A stretch of DNA of 64,000 nt. Source: Candidatus Kapaibacterium sp. GTDB lineage: Bacteria > Bacteroidota > Ignavibacteria > Kapaibacteriales > Kapaibacteriaceae. Under the pieces are notes generated by a model, which was given only the letters and a program-made list of their open reading frames with translations, did not search any database and had not been told where the DNA came from. Position 1 is the first letter of the stretch. Each line of letters starts with the position of its first letter. A program made the translations under genes and the position numbers. Positions 40,151 through 50,745 of the stretch are shown piece by piece. The stretch lies in NCBI GenBank assembly GCA_018882895.1, contig VERF01000006.1, forward strand, positions 45-64,044, given 5' to 3'.

Positions 40151-41356
40151 ATGGCCAAAGAGAAATTTGAGCGGAACAAACCGCACGTAAACGTTGGCAC
40201 AATCGGCCACGTTGACCACGGTAAGACAACCCTTACTGCAGCAATCACGATGTGTTTGGCCACGAAGGGTCTGGCACAACAGCGTTCATTCGACTCGATC
40301 GACAATGCACCGGAAGAGAAGGCACGTGGAATCACGATTGCCACAGCTCACGTTGAGTATGAGACGGGTAATCGTCACTACGCACACGTGGATTGTCCGG
40401 GCCACGCCGACTATGTGAAGAACATGATCACCGGTGCCGCTCAGATGGACGGTGCCATCCTTGTGGTTGCCGCAACAGACGGCCCGATGCCACAAACGCG
40501 TGAGCACATCTTGCTTGCTCGCCAGGTTGGCGTGCCTCGTATTGTCGTGTTCATGAACAAGGTTGACATCGCCGATCCGGATCTTGTAGATCTGGTGGAG
40601 ATGGAAATCCGTGAGCTTCTGAGCAAGTACGAATTCCCTGGCGACGATATTCCGATCATCAAGGGTTCGGCTCTGAAGGCTCTCGATGCCGCTGCCGGTG
40701 GCCAGGGTCCGGATGCCGCAGACATGCAGTGCATCTTTGAACTCATGGACGCTGTCGACAGCTACATCCCAACGCCGCAGCGTGATGTTGATAAGCCATT
40801 CCTCATGCCGGTTGAAGACGTGTTCTCGATCACTGGTCGCGGAACAGTTGCAACGGGTCGTATTGAGCGTGGAATTGTCAAGGTGAACGAAGAAGTTGAA
40901 CTCGTTGGATTTGGTCTCCAGAAGAAGACCACGGTCACGGGTATCGAAATGTTCCGCAAGCTGCTCGACGAAGGTCAAGCCGGCGACAATTGCGGTCTGC
41001 TGCTTCGTGGTGTTGACAAGGAAGAGATCGAGCGCGGTATGGTTATCGCCAAGCCGGGATCGATCACGCCTCACCACAAGTTCAAGGCTCAGGCATACGT
41101 TCTGACCAAGGACGAGGGCGGCCGTCACACGCCGTTCTTCTCGAACTATCGTCCACAGTTCTACTTCCGCACGACGGACGTCACTGGTATCCTCACACTG
41201 CCTAGCGGTGTGGAGATGATCATGCCTGGTGACAACATCGACAACCTTGAGGTTGCACTGATCACACCAGTGGCCATGGAAGAAGGACTTCGCTTCGCCA
41301 TCCGCGAAGGCGGCCGTACGGTCGGCGCCGGCGTGGTTACGTCGATCATCGAATAA
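40151..41356 (+). CDS. tuf: Elongation factor Tu
   Basis: [27 protein letters not shown]...[15 protein letters not shown]...[10 protein letters not shown]. Confidence 0.99.
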   Translation: MAKEKFERNKPHVNVGTIGHVDHGKTTLTAAITMCLATKGLAQQRSFDSIDNAPEEKARGITIATAHVEYETGNRHYAHVDCPGHADYVKNMITGAAQMDGAILVVAATDGPMPQTREHILLARQVGVPRIVVFMNKVDIADPDLVDLVEMEIRELLSKYEFPGDDIPIIKGSALKALDAAAGGQGPDAADMQCIFELMDAVDSYIPTPQRDVDKPFLMPVEDVFSITGRGTVATGRIERGIVKVNEEVELVGFGLQKKTTVTGIEMFRKLLDEGQAGDNCGLLLRGVDKEEIERGMVIAKPGSITPHHKFKAQAYVLTKDEGGRHTPFFSNYRPQFYFRTTDVTGILTLPSGVEMIMPGDNIDNLEVALITPVAMEEGLRFAIREGGRTVGAGVVTSIIE

Positions 41357-41378
41357 GAAACAGACAGGACAAGACACG

Positions 41379-41409
41379 CGAGGAGGGGTTAAAATCCCTC
41401 CTCGTTTTT
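41379..41409 (+). terminator. Intrinsic terminator between tuf and rpsJ
   Basis: CGAGGAGGG / CCCTCCTCG 9-bp stem followed by TTTTT. Confidence 0.8.
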
Positions 41410-41456
41410 GTCTCCGAACGAACCTCCAAGTGGGAGAATTCCGGGAGAATTACTGA

Positions 41457-41765
41457 GTGGCAACGCAACGCATTCGCATCAAACTTCGCTCGTACGATCA
41501 CAACCTGATTGATCGTTCGGCAGAGCGCATCGTCCGCACCGTCAAGCAAACCGGGGCTGTTGTTTCCGGGCCTATTCCATTGCCGACGGAACGTTCTATC
41601 TACACCGTGCTGCGTTCGCCGCACGTAGACAAGAAGTCCCGTGAGCAGTTCGAGGCCCGTGTGCACAAGCGCGTGATCGACATCTTCAGCAGCACGCCGA
41701 AGACCATCGATGCGCTGATGCGTCTCGAATTGCCGGCCGGAGTTGATGTGGAAGTGAAAGTCTAG
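41457..41765 (+). CDS. rpsJ: 30S ribosomal protein S10
   Basis: [11 protein letters not shown]...GPIPLPT...[13 protein letters not shown]. Confidence 0.99.
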   Translation: MATQRIRIKLRSYDHNLIDRSAERIVRTVKQTGAVVSGPIPLPTERSIYTVLRSPHVDKKSREQFEARVHKRVIDIFSSTPKTIDALMRLELPAGVDVEVKV

Positions 41766-41778
41766 GAGTAAGCGGACA

Positions 41779-42399
41779 ATGAGTGCAATTCTCGGACGCA
41801 AATTGGGCATGACGAGCATCTTCTCAGAAGATGGCGTATTCGTACCGTGTACGGTTATCGAAGCTGGTCCATGCCCAGTGGTCCAAATCAAAACAAAAGA
41901 CAACGACGGTTACGACTCAGTGCAGCTCGGTTTCGAACCGATTGCAGAGCGCAAGGTCAATCGGCCGGAAGCCGGACACTTCGCCAAGCACGAAGTGGAG
42001 GCTACTCGGCATCTGAAGGAGTTCCGTCAGCTTGTTGACAAGGTCAAGAACGGCGACATCGTAACGGTCGAGTCGTTCGCGGTCGGTGACAAGATCAAGG
42101 TCTCGGCTACGAGCAAGGGTAAGGGCTTCCAGGGCGTTGTGCGCCGGCATCACTTCGGTGGTGTTGGTATGGCAACGCACGGTCAGTCGGACCGTCCTCG
42201 TGCTCCGGGTTCGATCGGATCGTCATCGTATCCATCGCGCGTGTTCAAGGGAATGCGCATGGCCGGTCGCATGGGCGGAACGCGCATTTCGGTGCGCAAC
42301 CTGACCATCCTTCGTGTGATGCCTGAGCAGAATCTGATCCTCATCAAGGGCAGCATTCCGGGCGCCATGAATTCAATAGTTGAAATTGTCAAGCTCTAA
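41779..42399 (+). CDS. rplC: 50S ribosomal protein L3
   Basis: GRKLGMT...SKGKGFQG...RAPGSIG. Confidence 0.99.
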   Translation: MSAILGRKLGMTSIFSEDGVFVPCTVIEAGPCPVVQIKTKDNDGYDSVQLGFEPIAERKVNRPEAGHFAKHEVEATRHLKEFRQLVDKVKNGDIVTVESFAVGDKIKVSATSKGKGFQGVVRRHHFGGVGMATHGQSDRPRAPGSIGSSSYPSRVFKGMRMAGRMGGTRISVRNLTILRVMPEQNLILIKGSIPGAMNSIVEIVKL

Positions 42400-42412
42400 G
42401 AAGAACACTACC

Positions 42413-43054
42413 ATGACAGTCGACGTACTGACAAAGGACGGGGCAAAGGCCGGCTCGATCGAGCTGCCGGCATCCGTCTTCGGCATCGAGCCGAGCGAGC
42501 ACGCGATGTACCAGGCGGTACGCGCGTACTTGGCAAACCGTCGCCAGGGCACGCACAAGAACAAGACGCGCGCCGAGGTGTCGGGTGGCGGCAAGAAGCC
42601 ATTCAAGCAGAAGGGAACGGGCGGTGCACGTCGTGGAACGAGTCGTTCCCCGCTCATGCCGGGCGGTGGAAAGATTCACGGTCCAAAGCCGCACCTGTAC
42701 ACCATTGATCTTCCAATCAAGGTCAAGCGTCTTGCGCGGAAGTCGGCGCTCACGCTGCGTGCCCGCGAGAACAATCTTGTGGTAATCGAGGATTTCACAA
42801 TTGCGGCACCAAAGACGCGCGAGATGGCGTCAGTGCTGAAGGCTGTGAACCTTGAAGGCGCGAAGGTATTGATGCTGTTGCCGAAGGCTGACGACGTGAT
42901 CGTACGCTCGGCTCGGAACATCGCCGGAGTGTCAACGTTCCCGGCTGATAAGATCTCTGCATATGACGTGTTGAATCACGGAAAGCTGTTGATCTTCAAG
43001 AGCGCAATCGACACTATCGCAAAGTCGTTCGGTGAAGAAGGAGGCGACCAATGA
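42413..43054 (+). CDS. rplD: 50S ribosomal protein L4
   Basis: RQGTHKNKTRAEVSGGGKKPFKQKGTGGAR. Confidence 0.99.
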   Translation: MTVDVLTKDGAKAGSIELPASVFGIEPSEHAMYQAVRAYLANRRQGTHKNKTRAEVSGGGKKPFKQKGTGGARRGTSRSPLMPGGGKIHGPKPHLYTIDLPIKVKRLARKSALTLRARENNLVVIEDFTIAAPKTREMASVLKAVNLEGAKVLMLLPKADDVIVRSARNIAGVSTFPADKISAYDVLNHGKLLIFKSAIDTIAKSFGEEGGDQ

Positions 43055-43353
43055 TCAATGTATTGCGCAAGCCCCTTCTGACGGAGAAGGCAACCAAGGT
43101 TGGACACGCGAACCAGTATGTGTTCGAAGTGGCACCTGAGGCAAACAAGCTTCAGATCCGCCAGGCAATCAAGGCAATGTTCGACGTCGATGCTATCAGC
43201 GTACGCACTGTGCGTACGAAGGGCAAAGTCAAGACACGCATGACACGTCGCGGAATGCAGGTTGGCAGGACCAATCTCAAGAAGAAGGCGTACATCACGC
43301 TCAAGCAAGGACAAACGATCGATGTCGTCTCGGGCGAAGGCTCCGAGGACTGA
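43051..43353 (+). CDS. rplW: 50S ribosomal protein L23
   Basis: PLLTEKA...KKKAYITL; operon position. Confidence 0.98.
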   Translation: MINVLRKPLLTEKATKVGHANQYVFEVAPEANKLQIRQAIKAMFDVDAISVRTVRTKGKVKTRMTRRGMQVGRTNLKKKAYITLKQGQTIDVVSGEGSED

Positions 43354-43383
43354 CCGTCAATCCAGATACACTGAAGCAGAATC

Positions 43384-44220
43384 ATGGCAACGAGAAATCT
43401 CAAACCAATCACGCCGGGAACGCGCTACTACAGCATCAGTACCTTCGACGAAATCACAACGTCGAAGCCTGAGAAGAGCCTTCTCGAGCCGATCAAGAAG
43501 TCGGGCGGTCGGAACAACACCGGTCGTGTGACGTCACGCCATCGTGGTGGTGGTCATAAGCGGATGTACCGCATCATCGATTTCAAGCGAAACAAGCTTG
43601 GCATCGAGGCAACGGTCAAGACGATCGAATACGATCCGAACCGCACGTGCCGCATTGCTCTTCTTGAGTATGCCGATGGTGAAAAGCGCTACATCATTGC
43701 TCCGGACAAGGTCAAGGTTGGACAGAAGCTCATGAGCGGTGCAACCGCCGAGCCAAAGGACGGCAATGCACTTCCACTGAGCAAGATCCCAATCGGTTAC
43801 TTCGTGCACAACATCGAGATGCGCCCGGGCAAGGGTGGTCAGATGGTACGTTCCGCCGGAACATCGGCTCAGTTTGTTGGCCTCGACGGCGACAAGGCGC
43901 AGCTCAAGCTGCCATCCGGTGAGATCCGTATGGTACCGGCTGTGTGTATGGCTACGATCGGAGTTGTCAGCAATGGATCGCACGAGAACATCAGCTACGG
44001 CAAGGCAGGACGCATGCGTTGGCTTGGTGTTCGTCCGCAAACGCGCGGTATGGCCATGAATCCGATCGATCACCCGAACGGTGGTGGCGAAGGCCGCTCG
44101 AAGTCCGGTGGTGGTCGTAAGCATCTGCGCAGTCCTTGGGGTCAGCTTGCAAAGGGGCTCAAGACACGCAAGAAGAAGAACAAGTCGAATGACATGATCA
44201 TTCGCAAACGAAACGCGTAA
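43384..44220 (+). CDS. rplB: 50S ribosomal protein L2
   Basis: [17 protein letters not shown]; [17 protein letters not shown]. Confidence 0.99.
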   Translation: MATRNLKPITPGTRYYSISTFDEITTSKPEKSLLEPIKKSGGRNNTGRVTSRHRGGGHKRMYRIIDFKRNKLGIEATVKTIEYDPNRTCRIALLEYADGEKRYIIAPDKVKVGQKLMSGATAEPKDGNALPLSKIPIGYFVHNIEMRPGKGGQMVRSAGTSAQFVGLDGDKAQLKLPSGEIRMVPAVCMATIGVVSNGSHENISYGKAGRMRWLGVRPQTRGMAMNPIDHPNGGGEGRSKSGGGRKHLRSPWGQLAKGLKTRKKKNKSNDMIIRKRNA

Positions 44221-44245
44221 TCACGGAATCGGGAGCTTTTAATCC

Positions 44246-44533
44246 ATGCCTCGCTCACTCAAAAAAGAACCATTTGTCAGCTACAAGCTCGCCAAGAAGG
44301 TTGCGACGCTGAATGACAGCGGAAAGAAGACCGTCGTCAAGACGTGGTCGCGGGCGTCGACGATTTCTCCGGAGTTCGTGGGACACACATTCGCCGTTCA
44401 CAACGGCAACAAGTTCATTCCGGTGTATGTAACGGAGAACATGGTTGGTCACAAGTTGGGCGAATTCGCTCCAACGCGTACCTACCGCGGTCATGCCGGC
44501 AACCGGAAGGATCTCAAAACGGGTAAGAAGTAA
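44246..44533 (+). CDS. rpsS: 30S ribosomal protein S19
   Basis: KTWSR...[13 protein letters not shown]. Confidence 0.99.
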   Translation: MPRSLKKEPFVSYKLAKKVATLNDSGKKTVVKTWSRASTISPEFVGHTFAVHNGNKFIPVYVTENMVGHKLGEFAPTRTYRGHAGNRKDLKTGKK

Positions 44534-44542
44534 GGACGTACG

Positions 44543-44881
44543 ATGGAAGCACGCGCTATCAAACGGTACAATCGATCTTCGCCGCGCAAGATGCGTCTGG
44601 TGGTCGATCTCATTCGGGGCAAGTCGGCTCAAGAGGCACTGAATATCCTTCAGTTCTCGGACAAGGCGGCTGGGTCCGTGGCAGAGTTGACGTTGAAGTC
44701 GGCCATCAGTAACCTGACGGCCAAGGATGCGGGCATCGACCCTGAGTCGATCATGGTCAAGGAGTGCTTCGTCGATCCGGGGCCGACCATGAAGCGGATC
44801 TCGCCAGCACCGATGGGGCGAGCCTATCGCATTCGCAAGCGTTCACATCATCTCACCATCATCGTTTCGACGAAACAGTAA
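44543..44881 (+). CDS. rplV: 50S ribosomal protein L22
   Basis: SPRKMRLVVDLIRGK...GRAYRIRKRSHH. Confidence 0.99.
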   Translation: MEARAIKRYNRSSPRKMRLVVDLIRGKSAQEALNILQFSDKAAGSVAELTLKSAISNLTAKDAGIDPESIMVKECFVDPGPTMKRISPAPMGRAYRIRKRSHHLTIIVSTKQ

Positions 44882-44896
44882 GCGGAGTCAGCACAC

Positions 44897-45544
44897 GTGG
44901 GTCAGAAGACAAATCCAATCGGGCTGCGCCTCGGAATCATTCGCCAGTGGGAAGCCAACTGGTTTGATGAGAAGAACGTCGCCGAAAAGCTTCAGGAAGA
45001 CATCAAGGTACGCGAGTACATCAGGCAGCGTCTCAAGAAGGCAAGTGTGGCTCGCATCATCGTCGAGCGCACGGCCAAGCAGCTGCGCGTGACGATCAAT
45101 ACGTCTCGTCCTGGTGTGATCATTGGTCGTTCCGGCAAGGACATTGCGCACCTTGAAGAGGAGCTCCGCAAGCACACGAACAAGGATGTCAAGGTTCTCA
45201 TCAGCGAGATCAAGCGTCCGGAGTTGGATGCTCAGCTTGTGGCTGACAACATCGCAGCGCAGTTGGAAGGCCGTATAAGCTTCCGTCGTGCGATGAAGAA
45301 TGCGGTCAGCAGTACGATGCGAGTTGGTGCAGAAGGAGTCCGTGTAATGTGTTCGGGTCGTCTCGGCGGAGCGGACATGACACGTCAGGAGCAGTACAAG
45401 GAAGGGCGTGTGCCTCTCCATACGCTCCGGGCTGACATTGACTACGCACAAAGCCGTGCCGAAACGGTGTACGGTTCGATCGGAGTGAAGGTGTGGATTT
45501 GCCGTGGCGACGTCATCGGCAAGCAAAAATCTAAGGAACAGTAA
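44897..45544 (+). CDS. rpsC: 30S ribosomal protein S3
   Basis: MGQKTNPIGLRLG...GRVPLHTLRADIDY. Confidence 0.99.
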   Translation: MGQKTNPIGLRLGIIRQWEANWFDEKNVAEKLQEDIKVREYIRQRLKKASVARIIVERTAKQLRVTINTSRPGVIIGRSGKDIAHLEEELRKHTNKDVKVLISEIKRPELDAQLVADNIAAQLEGRISFRRAMKNAVSSTMRVGAEGVRVMCSGRLGGADMTRQEQYKEGRVPLHTLRADIDYAQSRAETVYGSIGVKVWICRGDVIGKQKSKEQ

Positions 45545-45568
45545 AGAAGTCAGGCAGAAGGCAACGAC

Positions 45569-45988
45569 ATGCTTATCCCAAAACGAGTAAAACACCGCAA
45601 AACACAGCGTGGTCGCCGACGTGGCAAGGCCTATCGCGGTTCGACGGTAGCTTTTGGATCCTTCGGATTGAAGGCTCTTGAGGCCGCGTGGATCACTAAC
45701 CGCCAGATCGAGTCGGCCCGTATCGCCATCAACCGCTATCTGCGTCGTGACGGCAAGGTGTGGATTCGAATCTTCCCCGACAAGCCGGTCACGAAGAAGC
45801 CGGCAGAAACCCGAATGGGTTCTGGAAAGGGAAATCCAGAGTTCTGGGTGGCTGTAGTGAAGCCGGGTCGCATCCTGTTCGAGATCGACGGAGTGACCAA
45901 GGAGCGTGCTGAAGAGGCCGTTCGTCTGGCGATCAACAAGCTGCCGATCAAGTGCAAGTTCGTCCAACGTGTTGATTTGGAGGCCTAA
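45569..45988 (+). CDS. rplP: 50S ribosomal protein L16
   Basis: [11 protein letters not shown]...RMGSGKG. Confidence 0.99.
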   Translation: MLIPKRVKHRKTQRGRRRGKAYRGSTVAFGSFGLKALEAAWITNRQIESARIAINRYLRRDGKVWIRIFPDKPVTKKPAETRMGSGKGNPEFWVAVVKPGRILFEIDGVTKERAEEAVRLAINKLPIKCKFVQRVDLEA

Positions 45989-45990
45989 TC

Positions 45991-46197
45991 ATGAAGTCAC
46001 GCAAGGCATCGGACCTACGGTCACTTACGACGGAAGAATTGACGTCGTTCATGAACGAGAGCATTGAGAACATCACACGTCTTCGTTTTCAGCTTGTGCT
46101 CGGTCAGCTGCAGGACTCCGGCAGCATCAAGACGCTCCGCAAGGACATTGCACGGATGAAGACGATCCTGCATGAGCGTACAAGCAACGCCAATTGA
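45991..46197 (+). CDS. rpmC: 50S ribosomal protein L29
   Basis: LRFQ...GQL...[11 protein letters not shown]. Confidence 0.97.
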   Translation: MKSRKASDLRSLTTEELTSFMNESIENITRLRFQLVLGQLQDSGSIKTLRKDIARMKTILHERTSNAN

Positions 46198-46211
46198 ACT
46201 GGAAGAAAATC

Positions 46212-46493
46212 ATGTCAGAAGAAACGTCAACAACGCAACAGAAGACATCGCGCCGCAAGATTCGCGTCGGGAAGGTCGTCAGCAACAAGGCTGACAAGAC
46301 CATAGTGGTTCGCATTGAACGTCAGGTGGCGCACCCGCTCTACCGCAAGTACTTCAAGCAGTCAACGAAGGTCATGGCACACGATCCGAACAACGAGTGC
46401 AACATTGGCGACACGGTCAAGGTGATCGAGCATCGCCCCCTGAGTGCTCGCAAGCGGTGGGCACTGGTGGAAATCATCCAACGGGCGCAGTAA
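46212..46493 (+). CDS. rpsQ: 30S ribosomal protein S17
   Basis: [14 protein letters not shown]...HPLY.K...RPLSARKRW. Confidence 0.98.
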   Translation: MSEETSTTQQKTSRRKIRVGKVVSNKADKTIVVRIERQVAHPLYRKYFKQSTKVMAHDPNNECNIGDTVKVIEHRPLSARKRWALVEIIQRAQ

Positions 46494-46505
46494 GGGAGCA
46501 GAACA

Positions 46506-46874
46506 ATGATTCAAGAGGAAACAAATCTTGTTGTCGCCGACAACTCCGGAGCCAGGAAGCTTCGTTGCATCCGGGTCCTAGGCGGGCATGGCAAGCGCTA
46601 TGCGTCGGTCGGTGACATCATCGTGTGCTCGGTGAAGGCAGCATTGCCAGCCGGTGCCGTCAAGAAGGGCGAAGTGGTCAAGGCCGTTGTCGTCCGTACA
46701 AAGAAGGAGATCCGCCGCCGCGATGGGTCGTTCATCCGATTCGATGAGAACGCAGCGGTTGTGATCAACAACAACAACGATCCTCGTGGTACGCGCATTT
46801 TCGGGCCAGTGGCCCGTGAACTCCGTGAGCGCGCCTTCATGAAGATCATTTCGCTGGCACCAGAGGTACTCTGA
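46506..46874 (+). CDS. rplN: 50S ribosomal protein L14
   Basis: VADNSGA...[12 protein letters not shown]...SLAPEVL. Confidence 0.99.
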   Translation: MIQEETNLVVADNSGARKLRCIRVLGGHGKRYASVGDIIVCSVKAALPAGAVKKGEVVKAVVVRTKKEIRRRDGSFIRFDENAAVVINNNNDPRGTRIFGPVARELRERAFMKIISLAPEVL

Positions 46875-46882
46875 GGAAGATC

Positions 46883-47218
46883 ATGAAGCTGAAGATCAAA
46901 AAGGGCGACGAAGTTGTCGTCATCACAGGCAAGAACCGCGGAGATCGTGGACGCGTCCTTATGGTCATGCCATCGACGATGCGTGTGCTTGTCGAGGGCG
47001 TGAACATCCAAAAGAAGGCAGTGCGTCCATCCCCGAAGCATCCAAACGGTGGCATCATCGAGATGGAAGGGTCGATCCACTACTCCAACGTGCAGCTAGC
47101 CGAAAAGTACGACGGTTCAACCCGTCGGGCATCGGCCAAAGCGGCCACAAAGCCGGCCGCCAAGACCGCCTCGAAGTCGAAGGCGAAGTCGAAGGCAAAG
47201 GCCGAAACCGAAGACTAA
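46883..47218 (+). CDS. rplX: 50S ribosomal protein L24 with basic C-terminal tail
   Basis: IKKGDEVVVITGK...VEGVN...IHYSNV. Confidence 0.98.
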   Translation: MKLKIKKGDEVVVITGKNRGDRGRVLMVMPSTMRVLVEGVNIQKKAVRPSPKHPNGGIIEMEGSIHYSNVQLAEKYDGSTRRASAKAATKPAAKTASKSKAKSKAKAETED

Positions 47219-47247
47219 TCCGACAGTGACGAAGGAATCAACTGACC

Positions 47248-47871
47248 ATGGCTAAGACAACAACAAAGCGGGATCAATTCAAGCCCGAGGGCCCACGCCT
47301 CGAGGAGATCGCCGATGTACGTGTACCGGCCCGCCTCCATGCATTTTATCAGGAGACGGTCGTACCGGCACTGATGCAGCGCTTCAACTACTCAAGCATC
47401 ATGCAGGTGCCGAAGCTGGAGAAGATTGCCATCAACATCGGTGTTGGACAGGCGACCCAGGATGCGAAGCTTCTGCAGGCAGCCGTCAACGAGTTGGAAC
47501 TGATCGTTGGTCAGCGTCCGGCAGTATCACGCGCCCGGAAGTCGATCGCGAACTTCAAGCTGCGCGAAGGAATGCCTATCGGTGCCCGTGTCACACTGCG
47601 CCGTGCGCACATGTTCGAGTTCCTTGATCGGTTCATCAACATTGCTGCGCCACGTATTCGTGACTTCCGCGGGTTCTCCGACAAGAGCTTTGATGGTCGG
47701 GGCAACTTCACGATCGGTATCAAGGAGCAGATCATTTTCCCTGAGATCGACGTTGATAAGGTGTCAAAGATTCAAGGCATGGACATCACGTTTGTGACGT
47801 CCGCCAAGAGCGACGAGGAGGCATACGCGCTTCTTCAGGAGTTTGGCTTCCCATTCCGTAAACGTGACTAA
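47248..47871 (+). CDS. rplE: 50S ribosomal protein L5 with N-terminal extension
   Basis: [12 protein letters not shown]...PRIRDFRG...EQIIFPEI. Confidence 0.99.
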   Translation: MAKTTTKRDQFKPEGPRLEEIADVRVPARLHAFYQETVVPALMQRFNYSSIMQVPKLEKIAINIGVGQATQDAKLLQAAVNELELIVGQRPAVSRARKSIANFKLREGMPIGARVTLRRAHMFEFLDRFINIAAPRIRDFRGFSDKSFDGRGNFTIGIKEQIIFPEIDVDKVSKIQGMDITFVTSAKSDEEAYALLQEFGFPFRKRD

Positions 47872-47891
47872 CAGAACAGCGAGAACAGTTC

Positions 47892-48161
47892 ATGGCGAAA
47901 ACATCAATCATCGCTCGCAATAAGAAGCGCATTCGTCTGGTGGCGAAGTATGCCGAACGCCGTGCTGCCCTCAAGGCTGCCGGCGACATGGTCGGCCTGC
48001 AAAAGCTGCCACGCAACAGCTCACCTACGCGTGTCCGTAGCCGGTGCCTGATGACCGGACGGGGCAAGGGCGTGTACCGCAAGTACGGCCTCTGTCGCAA
48101 TATGTTCCGGCTCCTTGCCCTCGAAGGAAAGATCCCCGGAATGCGCAAGGCGAGCTGGTAA
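47892..48161 (+). CDS. rpsN: 30S ribosomal protein S14 (89-aa form)
   Basis: [14 protein letters not shown]...IPGMRKASW. Confidence 0.98.
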   Translation: MAKTSIIARNKKRIRLVAKYAERRAALKAAGDMVGLQKLPRNSSPTRVRSRCLMTGRGKGVYRKYGLCRNMFRLLALEGKIPGMRKASW

Positions 48162-48199
48162 TCCAACGGTTTTTTGAACACGACCAACGACGACGAAGT

Positions 48200-48595
48200 A
48201 TGCCAGTCACAGACACAATCTCAGACTTTCTGACGCGTATTCGCAACGCTTCAGCCGCGCGGCACAAGAGTGTCGATATACCATCATCGAACCTCAAGAT
48301 CGCCATAGCGGAGATACTCAGGGACCAGGGTTACATTCAGGACTTCAGCAAGTCCGAAGATGGAAAGCAGGGTGTTTTGAGTCTCAAGCTCCGTTACTTC
48401 TACGGGCAGCCCGTGATCCGCGAGATCCAAAGGGTTAGCAAGCCGGGACGGCGCATTTATGCACCGGTCGACCGACTGCCGCGAGTCCGTAACGGCCTTG
48501 GAATTGCGATCATCTCGACCCCTCGCGGCGTGATGACTGACAAGCAGGCACGCCGTGAGAACGTAGGCGGCGAAGTTCTGTGCACCATCTGGTAA
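48200..48595 (+). CDS. rpsH: 30S ribosomal protein S8
   Basis: DTISDFLTRIRNA...SKPGRRIY...GGEVLC. Confidence 0.99.
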   Translation: MPVTDTISDFLTRIRNASAARHKSVDIPSSNLKIAIAEILRDQGYIQDFSKSEDGKQGVLSLKLRYFYGQPVIREIQRVSKPGRRIYAPVDRLPRVRNGLGIAIISTPRGVMTDKQARRENVGGEVLCTIW

Positions 48596-48619
48596 GAAGA
48601 GAACGAGGAGCAACACATC

Positions 48620-49159
48620 ATGTCACGAGTAGGTAAAAAGCCCATCACGATCCCGTCGAACGTCACAGTGAAGTTCGATGCTGGTATCTGCGCGGTCAAG
48701 GGGCCGAAGGGCGATTTGACATTTGCTGTCGACGCAACGATCACGCCTCAGCTTGAGAACGGCACTTTGACGTTCGTTCGGGCGAACGACGACAAGAGAG
48801 TCCGTGCACTTCATGGTCTGACGCGTGCACATGTTGCATGGATGGTCGATGGAGTAGTCAACGGATTCACAAAGAACCTCTCGATCGAAGGCGTCGGATA
48901 CAAGGTCGAATTGCGCGGAAAGAATCTTCTTCTGTCGCTCGGCTTTTCACATCCGATCCTGTTCATGCCCCCTGACGGAGTGGAATTCGCTGTGGCTACG
49001 CCGACGGCATTCTCGGTCAAAGGCATCAACAAGCATCTTGTCGGTGAAGTTGCCGCCAAGGTCCGCAAGCTTCGTCCACCAGAGCCGTACAAGGGCAAGG
49101 GTATTCGCTACGAAGGTGAATACATCCGTCGCAAGGCCGGTAAGTCAGCCGGTAAGTAA
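48620..49159 (+). CDS. rplF: 50S ribosomal protein L6
   Basis: MSRVGKKPI...[13 protein letters not shown]. Confidence 0.99.
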   Translation: MSRVGKKPITIPSNVTVKFDAGICAVKGPKGDLTFAVDATITPQLENGTLTFVRANDDKRVRALHGLTRAHVAWMVDGVVNGFTKNLSIEGVGYKVELRGKNLLLSLGFSHPILFMPPDGVEFAVATPTAFSVKGINKHLVGEVAAKVRKLRPPEPYKGKGIRYEGEYIRRKAGKSAGK

Positions 49160-49173
49160 GGAGAAAGCACGAA

Positions 49174-49542
49174 ATGAATCGCATCAAACTCAAAGGTGTC
49201 CGTCACGCTCGTCGCGATCGCCGTGTCCGCAAGGATATCTCGGGTACTCCGGGTCGTCCACGTCTGACGGTGTTTCGCTCACTGAAGCACATCTACGCCC
49301 AAGTGATCGACGATGTGTCGGCGCGCACACTGGTCTCTGCATCAACTGCAGATGCGGACATCCGCGCCAAGGCAGCCGGTCTGTCGAAGGTCGAAGAAAG
49401 TCGCCTTGTTGGTGCGCTCCTTGCCGAGCGTGCAAAGGCAGCGAACGTTACGACGGTCGCGTTCGACCGCAACGGATTCCTGTATCATGGGCGCGTCAAG
49501 GCCTTGGCCGACGCTGCTCGTGAGGGCGGACTTGATTTCTAA
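49174..49542 (+). CDS. rplR: 50S ribosomal protein L18
   Basis: RPRLTVFRS...[24 protein letters not shown]. Confidence 0.99.
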   Translation: MNRIKLKGVRHARRDRRVRKDISGTPGRPRLTVFRSLKHIYAQVIDDVSARTLVSASTADADIRAKAAGLSKVEESRLVGALLAERAKAANVTTVAFDRNGFLYHGRVKALADAAREGGLDF

Positions 49543-49568
49543 CGAAGTAAGAAACGGAGAACAGTTAC

Positions 49569-50072
49569 GTGGCAAAGCAAAAACTCTCTGATCTGAGCCT
49601 GAAGGACAAGATCGTCTACGTTGGCCGCACGGCCAAGGTGGTCAAGGGTGGGCGTCGATTCAACTTCTCGGCCATGGTCGTCGTCGGCGACGAGCAAGGT
49701 CATGTAGGCTATGGCCTCGGCAAGGCCGGCGAAGTATCGAACGCTGTTACTAAGGCAACTGATGCCGCCAAGAAATCGGTCGTTAAGGTTCGTATCGAGA
49801 ACGGTACAATTCCCCACGAAGTCATCGGACGCTTTGGTGCAGCTCGTGTTCTGATCCGTCCTGCAACTCCTGGTACGGGTGTTATCGCTGCCGGTGGCGT
49901 TCGTGCCATCCTGGAATTGGCAGGAGTCAAGGACGTTCTGACCAAGTCCCAAGGATCGTCGAATCCCCACAACACTGTGAAGGCAACGATGGACGCACTC
50001 ATGCAGCTCGAAGATGCAGCTGCAGTTGCGGCACGCCGCGGCGTAAGCATCGAAAAGGTTCTACACGGCTAA
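49569..50072 (+). CDS. rpsE: 30S ribosomal protein S5
   Basis: [19 protein letters not shown]...GTGVIAAG. Confidence 0.99.
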   Translation: MAKQKLSDLSLKDKIVYVGRTAKVVKGGRRFNFSAMVVVGDEQGHVGYGLGKAGEVSNAVTKATDAAKKSVVKVRIENGTIPHEVIGRFGAARVLIRPATPGTGVIAAGGVRAILELAGVKDVLTKSQGSSNPHNTVKATMDALMQLEDAAAVAARRGVSIEKVLHG

Positions 50073-50092
50073 GCGAAGGAGCGAACATTACC

Positions 50093-50275
50093 ATGAAACT
50101 CAAGATCACACAAGTCAGGTCGTCGATCGGCGCACTGAAGGCTCACAAGGAGACCATCAAGGCTCTTGGTCTAGGACGCCCGAACTACGTTTCGATCAAG
50201 CCGAAGAACCCCCAGATTTTGGGAATGGTGAACGCTGTTCGCCATCTCGTGACTGTTGAAGAGATCGCAGACTGA
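50093..50275 (+). CDS. rpmD: 50S ribosomal protein L30
   Basis: KITQVRSSIG...ALGL...GMVNAVRHLV. Confidence 0.98.
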   Translation: MKLKITQVRSSIGALKAHKETIKALGLGRPNYVSIKPKNPQILGMVNAVRHLVTVEEIAD

Positions 50276-50283
50276 GGCAAACA

Positions 50284-50745
50284 ATGAAACACATCGGAAA
50301 TCTTTCGCCCGCTCCGGGCTCACGTCACAAGAAGAAGCGCGTAGGTCGCGGTGCTGGCTCAGGCCACGGCGGAACGGCTACACGCGGTCACAAGGGACAC
50401 CAGTCTCGTAGTGGCGGACATCAGAGTCGCGGCTTCGAGGGCGGCCAAATGACGCTTACGCGTCGCATCCCAAAGTTCGGCTTCACGAACATCAACCGCG
50501 TTGAGTATCAGGAAGTGAACGTAGCGACACTCCAGCGCCTGGTTGATGAGAAGAGGATCACCGACGGCGTAGTGTCGAAGGATGTGCTGCTCCGCCTCGG
50601 GGTGATTCGCATCAAGTCGGCACCGGTGAAGATCCTCGGTAACGGCGATCTTGCTGCCACACTGAATGTGTCATGCGACAAGATCTCAGCCGCTGCAAAG
50701 AGTAAGATCGAATCTGCCGGAGGAGCGGTAACCGTTCATGGCTAA
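50284..50745 (+). CDS. rplO: 50S ribosomal protein L15
   Basis: RVGRGAGSGHG...GFEGGQ. Confidence 0.99.
   Translation: MKHIGNLSPAPGSRHKKKRVGRGAGSGHGGTATRGHKGHQSRSGGHQSRGFEGGQMTLTRRIPKFGFTNINRVEYQEVNVATLQRLVDEKRITDGVVSKDVLLRLGVIRIKSAPVKILGNGDLAATLNVSCDKISAAAKSKIESAGGAVTVHG

Noticed and set aside
40286-45967. Long antisense ORFs over tuf (40286-41377) and rpsC-rplP (44888-45967)
   Set aside because: Typical antisense shadows of strongly codon-biased genes; no recognisable motifs.
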